Assembly (NCBI GenBank): GCA_963701095.1
Contig: OY969564.1
Location: forward strand, 1,984,001 to 2,048,000
Reading direction: 5' to 3'
From: an uncultured Methanoregulaceae archaeon
GTDB taxonomy: Archaea > Halobacteriota > Methanomicrobia > Methanomicrobiales > Methanospirillaceae
DNA length: 64,000 nt
Shown: positions 1-10,628 of the stretch, one piece after another
Layout of the letters: each line of letters opens with the position of its first letter
How positions within the stretch are numbered: position 1 is the stretch's first letter
Position numbers and translations under genes: made by a program
The notes under the pieces: model-generated
The model's database searches: none
The model's input: only the letters and a program-made list of their open reading frames with translations
Told to the model about the DNA's origin: nothing

Positions 1-1
1 G

Positions 2-1081
2 GTCGATGCAAAAGTCACTGAATGTCTCGTGGAGGCCGAGGTAAGAATCAGCAGATTTCATGAGCTCCAGATGCCCCGTGAACTGTGGCTTTCTGAAGTC
101 GAGCCCGGTATTACTCTTGGTGTAAAAACTACGCCCCTTTCCCGGATCGGTGCATATATTCCCGGTGGACGTGCTGCGTATCCATCGACAGCCCTTATGT
201 GCACCATTCCAGCCAGAATCGCCGGTGTTCCAGAGATTTGTTGTTGTTCACCGCCGCCAATCCAGCCGCTCACGCTCGTTGCTCTCGATATTGCCGGAGT
301 ACACGAGATCTACCAGTGCGGAGGTGCACAGGCAATTGCAGCAATGGCTCTTGGTACAGAAACAATTGAACCCGTGGATAAGATTGTGGGACCGGGGAAT
401 GTCTATGTTACAGCAGCAAAGATGATGCTTCGTGATTACGCCGAGATTGATTTTCCTGCAGGGCCTAGCGAGATTGCCATTATTGCGGATGAAAGCGCCG
501 TCCCGGAATATGTAGCAGCAGATATCCTCGCACAGGCAGAACATGATCCGCATGCCTCCTGTATTCTCATCACATCCTCCTCCGCTGTTGCAGATCGTGT
601 GGGGATCGAAATTAAAAAGCAGGCAGAACACGCCAAGCGAAAAGAGATAATAACACAAGCGCTTAAAAACTCAGGATTTATTGTTGTCGGGGATCTTTCC
701 GAGGCGGTAGCAATATCAAACACCATCGCACCTGAGCACCTCGCTCTTCAGGTTGTTGATCCTTTGGCAGTTCTCGGCAGTATTCATAATGCAGGTTCAA
801 TCTTTGTCGGTAAGTACACTCCTGTTGCCTGTGGGGACTATGCGTCAGGGACAAACCATGTTCTACCAACGGCTGGATTTGCCCGGCAATACTCCGGCCT
901 CGATGTGCATCACTTCTGCAAGACATCATCAGTCCAGTATCTTACAAAAGAAGGACTTGAGAGCATCGGGGATATCGTTGAAACTCTTGCCGAAGCTGAA
1001 GGGTTTTTCGCCCACGCACAGTCTGTCAGCGTGAGACTAAAAAGTTCTCAAAATCTCCAAAGAAAAAATTCCGGCTGTTGA
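2..1081 (+). CDS. hisD: Histidinol dehydrogenase (5'-truncated by window edge)
   Basis: Motifs GAYIPGGRAAYPST, KIVGPGNVYVTAAK, PAGPSE, QAEHD, APEHL, GDYASGTNHVLPT; frame open from position 2. Confidence 0.95.
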   Translation, partial: VDAKVTECLVEAEVRISRFHELQMPRELWLSEVEPGITLGVKTTPLSRIGAYIPGGRAAYPSTALMCTIPARIAGVPEICCCSPPPIQPLTLVALDIAGVHEIYQCGGAQAIAAMALGTETIEPVDKIVGPGNVYVTAAKMMLRDYAEIDFPAGPSEIAIIADESAVPEYVAADILAQAEHDPHASCILITSSSAVADRVGIEIKKQAEHAKRKEIITQALKNSGFIVVGDLSEAVAISNTIAPEHLALQVVDPLAVLGSIHNAGSIFVGKYTPVACGDYASGTNHVLPTAGFARQYSGLDVHHFCKTSSVQYLTKEGLESIGDIVETLAEAEGFFAHAQSVSVRLKSSQNLQRKNSGC

Positions 1082-1248
1082 ATTGTTAATGTAATGTGCA
1101 TTCAACCGTTTCTTAAAATTTTCTCTCTTAAATCTTTAAAAAAAATGCTTCAAGTATATTGGTGATTTATCGGGAGAGAAAAGGAGATACTAATTAAGGG
1201 CTTCCCGTGATTATTCCGGGTTCCGTTGGAGCATTAATTCCCAATTTT

Positions 1249-2550
1249 TCAAAATTCCACGACCATAACAGCTTCTTCTTCAGCTTTGAGTTCCCCCTTC
1301 AGATGTTCCGCATCGAACTCATAATTATCGGCCGGGTTATAATCTTCGTAAATCTCACACTTATCCAGGACATCGATAAATTCCTTGAGAAATATCCGCG
1401 GGATTATGTCAACCCTCCCCCCAAACCGGTTCGTGAGTTTTTTGATCATAGCACGGATAAACCTGTGAGAAATCCGTTCTCGATCGACTTCACGGTAAGC
1501 CTGTGAGTAAACGTCAATAACCTTGAGCGCAACGAGTTCGAGTTTTCCATTGTCGAATCTGGTTAGATGGATTTGAGGCTGGCGTGGATTTTTATAACTA
1601 TCCGTCTCCACTACACTGATCCTGTCGTAGAGAGGTGTTACTGATCGTATACCCCGTGAGCTATCGAAGAATGAAGGTGTGCCGGTGAACAAAAAGTAAC
1701 AATGTGGCATTCTTCCGCCATCAAGAGCATCGATAATCCGGGCAAGTGTCTGGTAGCTTCTCTCCCGCTGGTTCCGCTGGAGTCCCTGGGTAGTTTCAAG
1801 TTCGTCTATCGCGATTGCGAGTCCCTTGTATCCGGCGCGATGTATGATTTCAACGAGGCCCAAAAGGAACGAGAACGCTGTATTATCGTCGACTTCACCT
1901 TTAATTCCTGCCTTCTGCTTAAAATCGCGACCTACGGTCGGTTCTGCAGCAATCCAGCCTATTGCAGCCTGCGCTACGGGAAAATCCCCGGCGTTATTTG
2001 CCCGGTAATAGGTACGCAGCGCAGCAGAAAGACCCGTATTGGTCTCACTTATACCTGCCAGCGCCGCTTCAATCTCTTTTTCCGTGGCTGCTTCAAGAAC
2101 TGCATTCTCCCCTCCATCCCGGCCTGTCGAGATCAGGCGCTCCTCAATGGCGAAGATCCAGTTGTCCACAATAGTCTTGAGGGCGTGATCTGCTTCGATG
2201 GTTTTGAGATTGGCGCAGATTTGTTGGTAGAGCGCTTTTGGTTTTGAGAGGGGTGCTGATGGGGAAATAAACACATGTGAAGTTGCAAACCCTTTGTTGC
2301 CGGCGATTTCAAGGGCCCGGGCGACAAAAAAAGTTTTGCCACTCCCGAAATCCCCCCGGATAAATTTTAGATCCCCGCCACCATCTGCCACATAATCCAG
2401 CTGCCTGCTGATCACGTTTTCTTCTATATCAAGTCCAACAACAATCCGTTCAAGTCCGTCAGTAGGAACTGTCCCTCTTCTCAGTGCATTGATAATATTG
2501 AGACTCTGATGTCGACGCTGTTCCTTCTGGTCAGGGGCCACAATATTCAT
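1249..2550 (-). CDS. BrxD-like / DUF2791 P-loop ATPase
   Basis: N-terminal ALRRGTVP..GL...VG, Walker A RGDFGSGKTF, Walker B IAIDELE, FTGTP.FF, NPRQPQI; matches recalled BREX ATP-binding protein pattern. Confidence 0.75.
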   Translation of the reverse strand: MNIVAPDQKEQRRHQSLNIINALRRGTVPTDGLERIVVGLDIEENVISRQLDYVADGGGDLKFIRGDFGSGKTFFVARALEIAGNKGFATSHVFISPSAPLSKPKALYQQICANLKTIEADHALKTIVDNWIFAIEERLISTGRDGGENAVLEAATEKEIEAALAGISETNTGLSAALRTYYRANNAGDFPVAQAAIGWIAAEPTVGRDFKQKAGIKGEVDDNTAFSFLLGLVEIIHRAGYKGLAIAIDELETTQGLQRNQRERSYQTLARIIDALDGGRMPHCYFLFTGTPSFFDSSRGIRSVTPLYDRISVVETDSYKNPRQPQIHLTRFDNGKLELVALKVIDVYSQAYREVDRERISHRFIRAMIKKLTNRFGGRVDIIPRIFLKEFIDVLDKCEIYEDYNPADNYEFDAEHLKGELKAEEEAVMVVEF

Positions 2551-4342
2551 AGACCTCTCCTTCAGCACTCATACCTTTTCTCTCTATAAGCATAATCCCC
2601 TGCTCCTTTGCCTTACGGATCAGCATATTTACGATACCAGCCACTCTGCGAGTGGTTAAAAGATGCCGGAGGTCAGTTTCGGTTGCTCTCTTGTGTACGG
2701 CAAGGAACGATACAATTTTTATTTCAGGGTCAGTGAGTCCCATTTTATCTATGATGGTCATAGCCGTTTCTTTGGATGCAACTGCATCGTTTGCCGTGGG
2801 CGAGATTATAACCGGGGGAGTGGTGGGTAACAATTCCTTTGCCAGATTTATTAAAGACAGAAAATCACCGGTATGACAGGTTTTGGAATATGCCGGAAGG
2901 ATATCAATACCGCACAGACAGTTGTAGATGCATGCAGCGTAATCGTTTCGCGAGAGTGCATCTGCAGCTTCGCCCCGGTAGGCTGCAGCAAGGAACTCCC
3001 GGTCATCTGACCTGAGAGTCTGGCGGCGCTCTTCCAGCCGCCGTATCAGCTGTCGAGTGAGACGTTTCATTCGCTGAAATGTAGTGTCATATTCGGTGAC
3101 TGCTGCAGCTACTCTACTAAGATCAGCATCTTTTCTGACATTTGCGAGGATATGGAGCAGCACCTTCTCGCATTCCCGGTCATCGCCACAGGAGGCAAGG
3201 AATCCTGCGTAAGAAAGCCCTCCATGAAGATAATCGGCTCGGTAAGCGCGATAATAACAGGCTTTTGCCTCTTCGATTTCACCTGATTCGAGGAACATTT
3301 TACCCGTTTCTTCGAGGCAGATGACATTTGTATCCTGGGGGACTACGGTGAAAAACCGCTCACGGGCTTCTGCCGGGGTAAATCTTCCGTTGATATACCG
3401 GCAATAGGCCCGTAGTATCTGCCGGAAAGAGTCTGATACGGCTGGGGCGTCCAGTTCATCTCGGATGAGTTTTTCGTATTCAACAAGAGCGTTTAAATGA
3501 TCACCGAGGATTGCAGAAAGTTCGCATGCAATGAGACGGTAATGTGGTTTGTTATTGATAGAGATTAGTTTTCTTACTGCAGTAAGCGCACGGAGATATT
3601 CTCCCCTATCATGTAAAAGGCGGATGTAATCAAGGTAAATATCAGGATCCGAAACCTCCTTCAGAAACGATGCATAAGCAGCGGGTGCGGTAGCAGAATC
3701 CACATGGTTATGTGCAGCAAGGTACACCCTGAGAATCCCGACATCGTGAGTCTCTCTATAAAGTCCCTGAGCCTCCTGTTCAGCCTCCTTATATCTGCCA
3801 GCCTCGCAGAGAGCATGGGCATATTCCGGGCCTGTTTTCTTCCCAGATCCCTGGGACTCACAGAGAGCACAAGCAGCATCTGCAAATCCGGAATGTGTAA
3901 GAGAAGAGACCAGCTGGAATAGATCGTCGGGCCGGTTACTTGCCTGGTAAAGTCTTTTTAAGGCCGGAAGCGCTCCCCGCTCGTCATTTCGCTCAACCAG
4001 CCAAGAGATATAGCTCCGTAATGCCTCTTGATTGCCGGGATCGAGGCGGACCGCTGCCGCATATTCAGCAATCGCGTTATCATCTCCTTTCTTTTCGAGA
4101 ACCTTTGCAAGATAACTGTGAACATAGGATGATTCTGGCATCCGTTGTGCGAGATCCCGGAAAAATACCTCGGCGTCCTCGAGTTTTCCAAGAGAGAACA
4201 GGTTAGTTGCAGCAAGAATCTCAATTGCCGGGTCCCGGGCTGTTTCTATCAACCGGTTACACAATGCAAGGGATTCCGCATACATTCCTGCATGGTACAG
4301 CCCGAAAGCCTCCTTTTTTTTATCATCCGCAGTGGCCGGCAT
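2531..4342 (-). CDS. Tetratricopeptide-repeat protein with C-terminal winged-helix-like domain
   Basis: Multiple TPR-like units (e.g. AIAEYAAAVRLDPGN); start overlaps upstream stop (TAATG); 3' end overlaps ATPase start. Confidence 0.75.
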   Translation of the reverse strand: MPATADDKKKEAFGLYHAGMYAESLALCNRLIETARDPAIEILAATNLFSLGKLEDAEVFFRDLAQRMPESSYVHSYLAKVLEKKGDDNAIAEYAAAVRLDPGNQEALRSYISWLVERNDERGALPALKRLYQASNRPDDLFQLVSSLTHSGFADAACALCESQGSGKKTGPEYAHALCEAGRYKEAEQEAQGLYRETHDVGILRVYLAAHNHVDSATAPAAYASFLKEVSDPDIYLDYIRLLHDRGEYLRALTAVRKLISINNKPHYRLIACELSAILGDHLNALVEYEKLIRDELDAPAVSDSFRQILRAYCRYINGRFTPAEARERFFTVVPQDTNVICLEETGKMFLESGEIEEAKACYYRAYRADYLHGGLSYAGFLASCGDDRECEKVLLHILANVRKDADLSRVAAAVTEYDTTFQRMKRLTRQLIRRLEERRQTLRSDDREFLAAAYRGEAADALSRNDYAACIYNCLCGIDILPAYSKTCHTGDFLSLINLAKELLPTTPPVIISPTANDAVASKETAMTIIDKMGLTDPEIKIVSFLAVHKRATETDLRHLLTTRRVAGIVNMLIRKAKEQGIMLIERKGMSAEGEVYEYCGP

Positions 4343-5049
4343 TATGGTATTTTCGAGAAGAATCGCACCCGGAGGAGTCCTACAAGCATTTTTATCATAT
4401 CCCTTTTCCTGACCCGGGAATCTCCCTTGTTCTGCCATTCGATGGGAACCTCCTCGATCCGGTACCCGGCCTTTTCCAGCTTCCAGATCAATTCTACATC
4501 AAATTCAAAACCCCGCGAAACAAGCAGGGGTAATACAGCATCGACTGCGGATTTTTTAAAGACTTTTGCCCCGCACTGTGTATCGTTGAAAGTAAAGCCG
4601 AATAGAAGCCTGATAATCAGGTTAAATCCCCGGCTTTCCAGACGGCGCATCAATCCCTGCCGGGTCAGAAGGGAAGAACCGGACATCCATCGGGAACCCA
4701 TAACAGCATCAAATGTGGAAAGATGTTCGTAAAGCCGGCACATTTCTTCGATAGTGGTTGAACCGTCAGCATCTGCGTATCCTACAAGAGGAGCTTGTGC
4801 AGCTGCGAGGCCGGCGATGACCCCTCCACCTTTACCAAGACGGTTGGGAAAACGCAGGCAGCGAATAGAGAGGTCGTGGCGTCTTTTTGCCATGGTTTCA
4901 ACCACATCTGCTGTCTTGTCGTTCCCGTCGCAGATTACGATAATCTCCCCGTCGAACCGTCCGACAGACTCAAAAAAAATTGCAATCCGTTTTTCTTCGT
5001 TGTATGCAGGAATGACCAAACTACATGGGGGATTTGAGGCAGGAGACAT
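4342..5049 (-). CDS. Family 2 glycosyltransferase (dolichyl-phosphate hexose synthase-like)
   Basis: LVIPAYNEE, GKGGGV, DADG motif, DTQCGAKVF, FEFDVEL. Confidence 0.9.
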   Translation of the reverse strand: MSPASNPPCSLVIPAYNEEKRIAIFFESVGRFDGEIIVICDGNDKTADVVETMAKRRHDLSIRCLRFPNRLGKGGGVIAGLAAAQAPLVGYADADGSTTIEEMCRLYEHLSTFDAVMGSRWMSGSSLLTRQGLMRRLESRGFNLIIRLLFGFTFNDTQCGAKVFKKSAVDAVLPLLVSRGFEFDVELIWKLEKAGYRIEEVPIEWQNKGDSRVRKRDMIKMLVGLLRVRFFSKIP

Positions 5050-5267
5050 GGCAGGTAATGGGTAGATGATCATTTTTGTGTTCAAAAATACATGAGATCC
5101 AGTATTATTCTCTCGCTCTTTTAAAAAGGGTCGGCCGATCTGATAAAACTATCAAACGGTAGCTTCCAATGATAATCAGTCGGGTTTTGTAATAGCAGAA
5201 ATTTAGGGAGTATATATTATTTAGAAATAAATATGATAATTAAATAAGGCTTTCAACAGATGATTAA

Positions 5268-5891
5268 ATGATAAGAATTCTTGTGGTGGATGATAATCTC
5301 GATGTCCTTGAAGTATTTGTAGAGATGCTTAACCAGGGAGGGTACTGCGCATCGGCTGCCTCCAGCGGAGAAGAATGCCTGAAGGTTATAAAAAATGAGG
5401 CACCGGATCTAATCCTTCTTGATATTATGATGAAGCCAATGGATGGCTGGGAGACGTTGGAAAAGATCAAAGGAGAAATAACTACGGCGCATATCCCGGT
5501 GCTTATGTTGACATCAAAACAAGTGACTCCGGCCGAAATGGAGAAGTACAGCACCTGCATTGAAGATTATGTCCTTAAACCTGTCACTAACATTGAACTT
5601 TATAATGTGATTGAGCATGTGTTTGACCGCCAGCGAAATATCCAGTCGGGTGTAGATCGGGCAAAGAAGTACGGGGTTGATTCCAGAGTTGTCAGTGAAT
5701 ACGCCCTTCTTTCAAGAAGCATCGATATCAATAAGCGATTCCTGAATATTATCGAAACCAGGTATAATCTCAATAACGCATACATGGATACCAACGACAG
5801 TATCTATGCTGCGCTGAAAAAATTGGACGCCACCATCAGGTTTCAGAAGACCCGTCTTCAGGAAATCGAAGAAGAAATCAAAATACCTTAG
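5268..5891 (+). CDS. Response regulator receiver protein with C-terminal coiled extension
   Basis: ILVVDDN, PDLILLDIMM (phospho-Asp), MDGW, LT, KP. Confidence 0.9.
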   Translation: MIRILVVDDNLDVLEVFVEMLNQGGYCASAASSGEECLKVIKNEAPDLILLDIMMKPMDGWETLEKIKGEITTAHIPVLMLTSKQVTPAEMEKYSTCIEDYVLKPVTNIELYNVIEHVFDRQRNIQSGVDRAKKYGVDSRVVSEYALLSRSIDINKRFLNIIETRYNLNNAYMDTNDSIYAALKKLDATIRFQKTRLQEIEEEIKIP

Positions 5892-6057
5892 CTGAGTTCA
5901 TTGGCGGAGTGCAATCGTACGATCGATTGAATGATTTTTAAGATATGAAATGTTCCATGGCCGTCCATAAATTTTTCTGACGTCAGACTCCTGTTATTAA
6001 CTCGATTTCTCCTAAAACTTTCGCTTAATAATTCCCCAATTTAAAGGACTAAATCCA

Positions 6058-6288
6058 TTACTGGTGTTTTCCCAGATGCCTGGCGAGTGCAGTTTTCTTA
6101 TGATATTTTTCTGCAATGGCAAGAGCCGTTGTCCGGAGATCCTGGTGATCCCTCAGACAGCTATCAGGGGGCGGGGATTTGCGAAGTAATGCCGAAGTGT
6201 TTTCGGTCACCTGGATGAGTTCAGTTGCTATCAATGCATTAAGCCAAATAAGATCGGCGAGCATGTCTTTGAGTTCAGCATCTTCCAT
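6058..6288 (-). CDS. Small hypothetical protein
   Basis: 76-aa ATG ORF with helical composition, SD-like AGGT upstream. Confidence 0.65.
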   Translation of the reverse strand: MEDAELKDMLADLIWLNALIATELIQVTENTSALLRKSPPPDSCLRDHQDLRTTALAIAEKYHKKTALARHLGKHQ

Positions 6289-6364
6289 ATACCTATTTCA
6301 GAAATACCCGATATATAAGGAGACCCATTGTTTATCGAGCGGTTTTAAAAAAAGTGTAGCATTC

Positions 6365-6622
6365 CTAACCCCGCCACCGGAAGTAGGGAATGCCGTTAAT
6401 TACACGATATTCAATCTTTTTCTCTTCAAACAGCAGCGGGGCAATCAGCGTGAGGTTTGCAATAAACACATCAAGATGCTTTGTACGGTTCATACCGGGC
6501 CCTATGAGTGCTTCCTCGATCTCGTGAAGCGAGTATGCCACACCGGGATGTTGCTTAAGCAAATTTTCGATTTCATTTGTCCCGGCGGCTCCTTTTTCGA
6601 ATTCATCCGCTGATAATGACAT
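6365..6622 (-). CDS. Small hypothetical protein (possible winged-helix)
   Basis: MSLSADEFEKG...LLKQHPGVAYSLHEIEEAL...YFRW. Confidence 0.55.
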   Translation of the reverse strand: MSLSADEFEKGAAGTNEIENLLKQHPGVAYSLHEIEEALIGPGMNRTKHLDVFIANLTLIAPLLFEEKKIEYRVINGIPYFRWRG

Positions 6623-6739
6623 AAATAATAACCTCAATCCATCGATTACGGTTCGCGATACATAAATCTTGGGAAGCATGCAGTTTTTCTGACGGGAACC
6701 TTAATGCATTTTCGTTCCAGATATCTTTCCCTGAGTACC

Positions 6740-7156
6740 ATGACGTATCTGGATAATATCCGAAAGGATGGTAAATATGCCAACCCTTTTTTTTGCCTTG
6801 CCGGAATTGAAGTCGTTCATACAGAGGAAGGTCGTGCAATCTTGAAAATGATTGTCCGGCCTGATATGCATAATGGCGTTGGCTGGCTGCAGGGAGGCAT
6901 GCTCGTTGCCCTCGCTGATGAGGCGATGGCGCTTGCACTCTATCCAATGCTTGCTGAGACTGAAGGCATAGCAACCATTTCGGAGTCGACGAGTTTTATC
7001 AAAGGAATACGGGATGGCGTGATTATAGCTGAGGGAAGAGTAATCAGGAAAGGGCGAAGGGTAGCGTTCTGCGAGGGAGAAGTCAGGATGGGTAATGCAG
7101 AAAAGACCATATTATCGAGGACTACGGCATCATTTGCTGTTACATCCCTGATATAA
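6740..7156 (+). CDS. PaaI-family hotdog thioesterase
   Basis: NGVGWLQGGMLVALADEAM; GRVIRKGRRVAFCEGEV. Confidence 0.9.
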   Translation: MTYLDNIRKDGKYANPFFCLAGIEVVHTEEGRAILKMIVRPDMHNGVGWLQGGMLVALADEAMALALYPMLAETEGIATISESTSFIKGIRDGVIIAEGRVIRKGRRVAFCEGEVRMGNAEKTILSRTTASFAVTSLI

Positions 7157-7163
7157 AAAGAGT

Positions 7164-7901
7164 TTATTTACTTTTCATTTTCTTAGAACGGGTTTTTTTG
7201 TCAGGAGTATCTGTAATCTTCTTTACGGAGGGAGTTCTTTTGATAAGGTAATACCCGATACCGACTCCGGCGATAATCACAATGACAACGATGGCGATCA
7301 GCGTTAATGGCAGTGCAGTGGAAGCAGATTTTTCTGCATCGGCAATTTTTGTTGGTAAGACTGTACTATTAGGATAGGTCACGAGCGCTGCTTTATACGT
7401 GGTTACTGCATCCTGGTAATTACCCATTTTATCCAGGGCATCTCCTTTGTTGATTAATGCAGTAGTAAAGTTTGCATCACTGGACAGTGCCTGATTGTAA
7501 GAATTCACGGCGTCTGCATAATCGCCGAGCATAAATTGGGCATAGCCTTTGTTGTTCCACAGGTTTTCGTCTGTAGGGTACAAGGCAAGTCCGGCATTAA
7601 GAGTGGCTAATGCATCAGTGTAATTGCCCTGCTGGATTTGGGCATAGGATTTATCATGGTAGATATCGGTGAGGACACCGTCTAACTGGACCATTGTCGT
7701 ATTTGATCCAAGTGCCTGATCAAAACTCGCGATCGCACCGGTGAAGTTCCCGGCTGAAAGTGCAAGCTCGCCATAGTTATAGTAATCGGTAGCGATATCG
7801 TGTGTTGAAGTAACAGTCACATTTTCTGCCACAGCGGGAAAAATAGCAATGGCGCACAGCAGAAAAAGTGACAGAATTCCCAGAATCTGTCCACGCTTCA
7901 T
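7164..7901 (-). CDS. Secreted/membrane-anchored TPR protein
   Basis: Signal peptide, TPR repeats (LWNNKGYA..LGDYADAVNSYNQAL), C-terminal TM helix and basic tail. Confidence 0.85.
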   Translation of the reverse strand: MKRGQILGILSLFLLCAIAIFPAVAENVTVTSTHDIATDYYNYGELALSAGNFTGAIASFDQALGSNTTMVQLDGVLTDIYHDKSYAQIQQGNYTDALATLNAGLALYPTDENLWNNKGYAQFMLGDYADAVNSYNQALSSDANFTTALINKGDALDKMGNYQDAVTTYKAALVTYPNSTVLPTKIADAEKSASTALPLTLIAIVVIVIIAGVGIGYYLIKRTPSVKKITDTPDKKTRSKKMKSK

Positions 7902-8031
7902 GTCCGTTTATATGCGTATTCTTCAGACATCAATCTTACTTTTTTAATTCTGGACCGGCCGTTCTATCCCGTCGTTAAGATAATAATAATAGGGAATGCG
8001 GGTTAAATGGTAAAGCAATCGGGGAGATCAC

Positions 8032-9612
8032 GTGAAGTATATTTTTATCACCGGTGGTGTTATGAGCGGCCTGGGAAAAGGGATCACGGCTGCATCGGTA
8101 GGACGGATCCTGAAAAACAGGGGGTACCGGGTCACGGCTGTGAAAATTGACCCCTACCTGAATATAGATGCAGGTACAATGAACCCGGCCCAGCATGGCG
8201 AGGTTTTTGTTTTAAAGGATGGAAGCGAAGTTGACCTGGACCTCGGAAATTACGAACGGTTCCTGGATATCGAGCTTACAGCTTCGCACAATATTACCAC
8301 TGGAAAAGTATACCGCACGGTAATTGAAAAGGAACGCCGTGGAGATTTCCTTGGCGAAACTGTTCAGATCATCCCCCACATCACCGATCAGATAAAGGCA
8401 TGTATCCGGCAGGCTGCGGAAGAGGAATTCCCTGAAAAGACGAAAGCCGAGGTATGCCTGGTGGAAGTTGGCGGTACCGTTGGCGATATTGAAAGCATGC
8501 CCTTCCTCGAAGCTGTCCGGCAGATGCGTGGTGAACTCCCCGCACATGATTATGTCCTCATTCATGTCACTCTTGTTCCTGAAGACGCAATGGGTGATTT
8601 AAAGACAAAACCGACCCAGCACTCAGTGAAGGCACTCCGGGAACTCGGGTTGCATGCGGATCTGATTGTCGGAAGGAGTGAGCGGGTGATTGGCGCCAAT
8701 ACCAAACGCAAGATTTCTGCGTTCTGCGACCTCCCTATAAACGCGGTCATATCTGCGGCCACTGCCCGTGATACCTATGAGGTACCGATGGAGATGGAAA
8801 AAGAGGGTATTGCAGATGTCCTTTCCTCCATATTAGGTCTTGAGAAGAAAGAGACCGATCCCTCATGGTACCGGCTTGTTACCAAAGAGTACACGAACCG
8901 GGTAACGGTTGCAATCGTGAGTAAATATGGCATTGAGGATGTTTATATCAGCATCAAGGAAGCGCTCAAACATGCAGGGAGAGCGCTTTCCACCGAAGTG
9001 AAAATTGTATGGCTGGACGCAGAACGTTATGAACGCTGCCAGCTGAAGGATTACGATGGCATCCTTATCCCGGGAGGATTCGGTAAACGTGGCATTGAAG
9101 GAAAAATTGAGGCAATTAAGTTTGCACGGGAAAATAACGTACCGTTCCTTGGCCTCTGCCTCGGGTTCCAGCTGGCAACGGTCGAATTTGCCCGCCATAA
9201 ATGCGGTATTGCGAATGCAACAAGTGAGGAATTCGGGGAAGGCTCACATGTAATTGCGCTTCTTCCCGAACAGGAAAGTGTTACGGAACTGGGTGGCACG
9301 ATGCGTCTCGGTGACTATACCTCAGATATCCGGGACAACACTCTTGCCATGAAACTCTATGGGCAGAACCAGATTGTGGAACGCCATCGTCACCGGTATG
9401 AGGTCAACCCCGATTATATAGAAAAGCTGGAAAAAGAAGGGCTAGTCTTCTCGGCAACAAACAAGAACCGGATGGAATGCCTGGAGCTTCCCGGCCACCC
9501 GTTCTTCTTTGCAACGCAATTTCATCCTGAGTTCAGGTCACGGCCGACACGCCCTTCCCCGTCATATATTGGTTTTGTCGAGGCATGCAGGGCGAATAAG
9601 CGGACAAAGTAA
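8032..9612 (+). CDS. pyrG: CTP synthase
   Basis: [48 protein letters not shown]. Confidence 0.98.
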   Translation: MKYIFITGGVMSGLGKGITAASVGRILKNRGYRVTAVKIDPYLNIDAGTMNPAQHGEVFVLKDGSEVDLDLGNYERFLDIELTASHNITTGKVYRTVIEKERRGDFLGETVQIIPHITDQIKACIRQAAEEEFPEKTKAEVCLVEVGGTVGDIESMPFLEAVRQMRGELPAHDYVLIHVTLVPEDAMGDLKTKPTQHSVKALRELGLHADLIVGRSERVIGANTKRKISAFCDLPINAVISAATARDTYEVPMEMEKEGIADVLSSILGLEKKETDPSWYRLVTKEYTNRVTVAIVSKYGIEDVYISIKEALKHAGRALSTEVKIVWLDAERYERCQLKDYDGILIPGGFGKRGIEGKIEAIKFARENNVPFLGLCLGFQLATVEFARHKCGIANATSEEFGEGSHVIALLPEQESVTELGGTMRLGDYTSDIRDNTLAMKLYGQNQIVERHRHRYEVNPDYIEKLEKEGLVFSATNKNRMECLELPGHPFFFATQFHPEFRSRPTRPSPSYIGFVEACRANKRTK

Positions 9613-9627
9613 GAAAGGCAGGTCAAC

Positions 9628-10545
9628 ATGGTCAAACCAGAGAAATTTATCCCGGCGGCAATCGAGGAGATCAAAAAAGCAGCCGGTAACGAAAAGGTTG
9701 TCGTAGCACTATCAGGTGGCGTTGACAGCTCAGTATGTGCGGCGCTTGCCGCCTTGGCAATCGGGGACCGGCTGGTCCCGATCTATATCGATACCGGCCT
9801 TATGCGAAAAGGAGAAACTGAAAGGATAAAAAAAATCTTTGGTGATATCAGGCTCCAGGTAGTTGAAGCAGGCGATGAATTCCTTGCCGCACTTGCCGGG
9901 ATCACTGATCCTGAGGAGAAACGTAAAGCAATTGGCGAACGTTTTATCCGGGTCTTTGAAAGAGAAGCAAAAAAGTCGGGCGCGACCTGCCTTTTGCAGG
10001 GTACTATCTATCCTGACCGGATAGAGAGTGAAGGAGGCATCAAAAGTCACCATAATGTCGGCGGGATGCCTTTAAAAATGGCGTTCACCAAGATTATCGA
10101 ACCAATCCGGGACCTGTATAAAGACGAAGTTCGGGAAATTGCAGGAGCGCTTAATCTGCCTCCCGAGATCCAGCACCGGATGCCGTTTCCCGGGCCCGGC
10201 CTTGCTGTCAGAATTATAGGAGAGGTTACCCGTGAGAAAGTTGAGGTTATCCGCGAGGCAAACTGGATCGTTGAGGCTGAGATAGTTGAGCAGTACCGCC
10301 CCTGGCAGTGTTTTGCCGCACTGTTAGGCCTTGGGACCGGAGTCAAAGGCGACAACCGGATCCATGGCTGGATTGTTGCAATCCGGGCCGTGAACTCACG
10401 GGATGGCATGACCGCTGACCCCGTCGAAATCCCGTTTGCCGATCTGACGAGAATTGGCTCTAGGATTACTGCCGAGATCCCCCGCGTTGCTCGTGTGGTA
10501 TATGATGTCACGCCGAAACCGCCGGCGACCATCGAGTACGAATGA
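9628..10545 (+). CDS. guaAB: GMP synthase ATPPase subunit B
   Basis: SGGVDSS PP-loop, [29 protein letters not shown]. Confidence 0.96.
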   Translation: MVKPEKFIPAAIEEIKKAAGNEKVVVALSGGVDSSVCAALAALAIGDRLVPIYIDTGLMRKGETERIKKIFGDIRLQVVEAGDEFLAALAGITDPEEKRKAIGERFIRVFEREAKKSGATCLLQGTIYPDRIESEGGIKSHHNVGGMPLKMAFTKIIEPIRDLYKDEVREIAGALNLPPEIQHRMPFPGPGLAVRIIGEVTREKVEVIREANWIVEAEIVEQYRPWQCFAALLGLGTGVKGDNRIHGWIVAIRAVNSRDGMTADPVEIPFADLTRIGSRITAEIPRVARVVYDVTPKPPATIEYE

Positions 10546-10628
10546 ACTCATTTGTCCCGTTACAACCCGGGAATAAATGTCCGAAAATAAGAAGACAAAA
10601 TAAAAAAACCAAAAATCACGTGATACCC

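Noticed and set aside
1249..2550. Complete BREX defence system
   Set aside because: Only the BrxD-like ATPase is present; pglX, pglZ, brxC and helicase genes are absent from the window.
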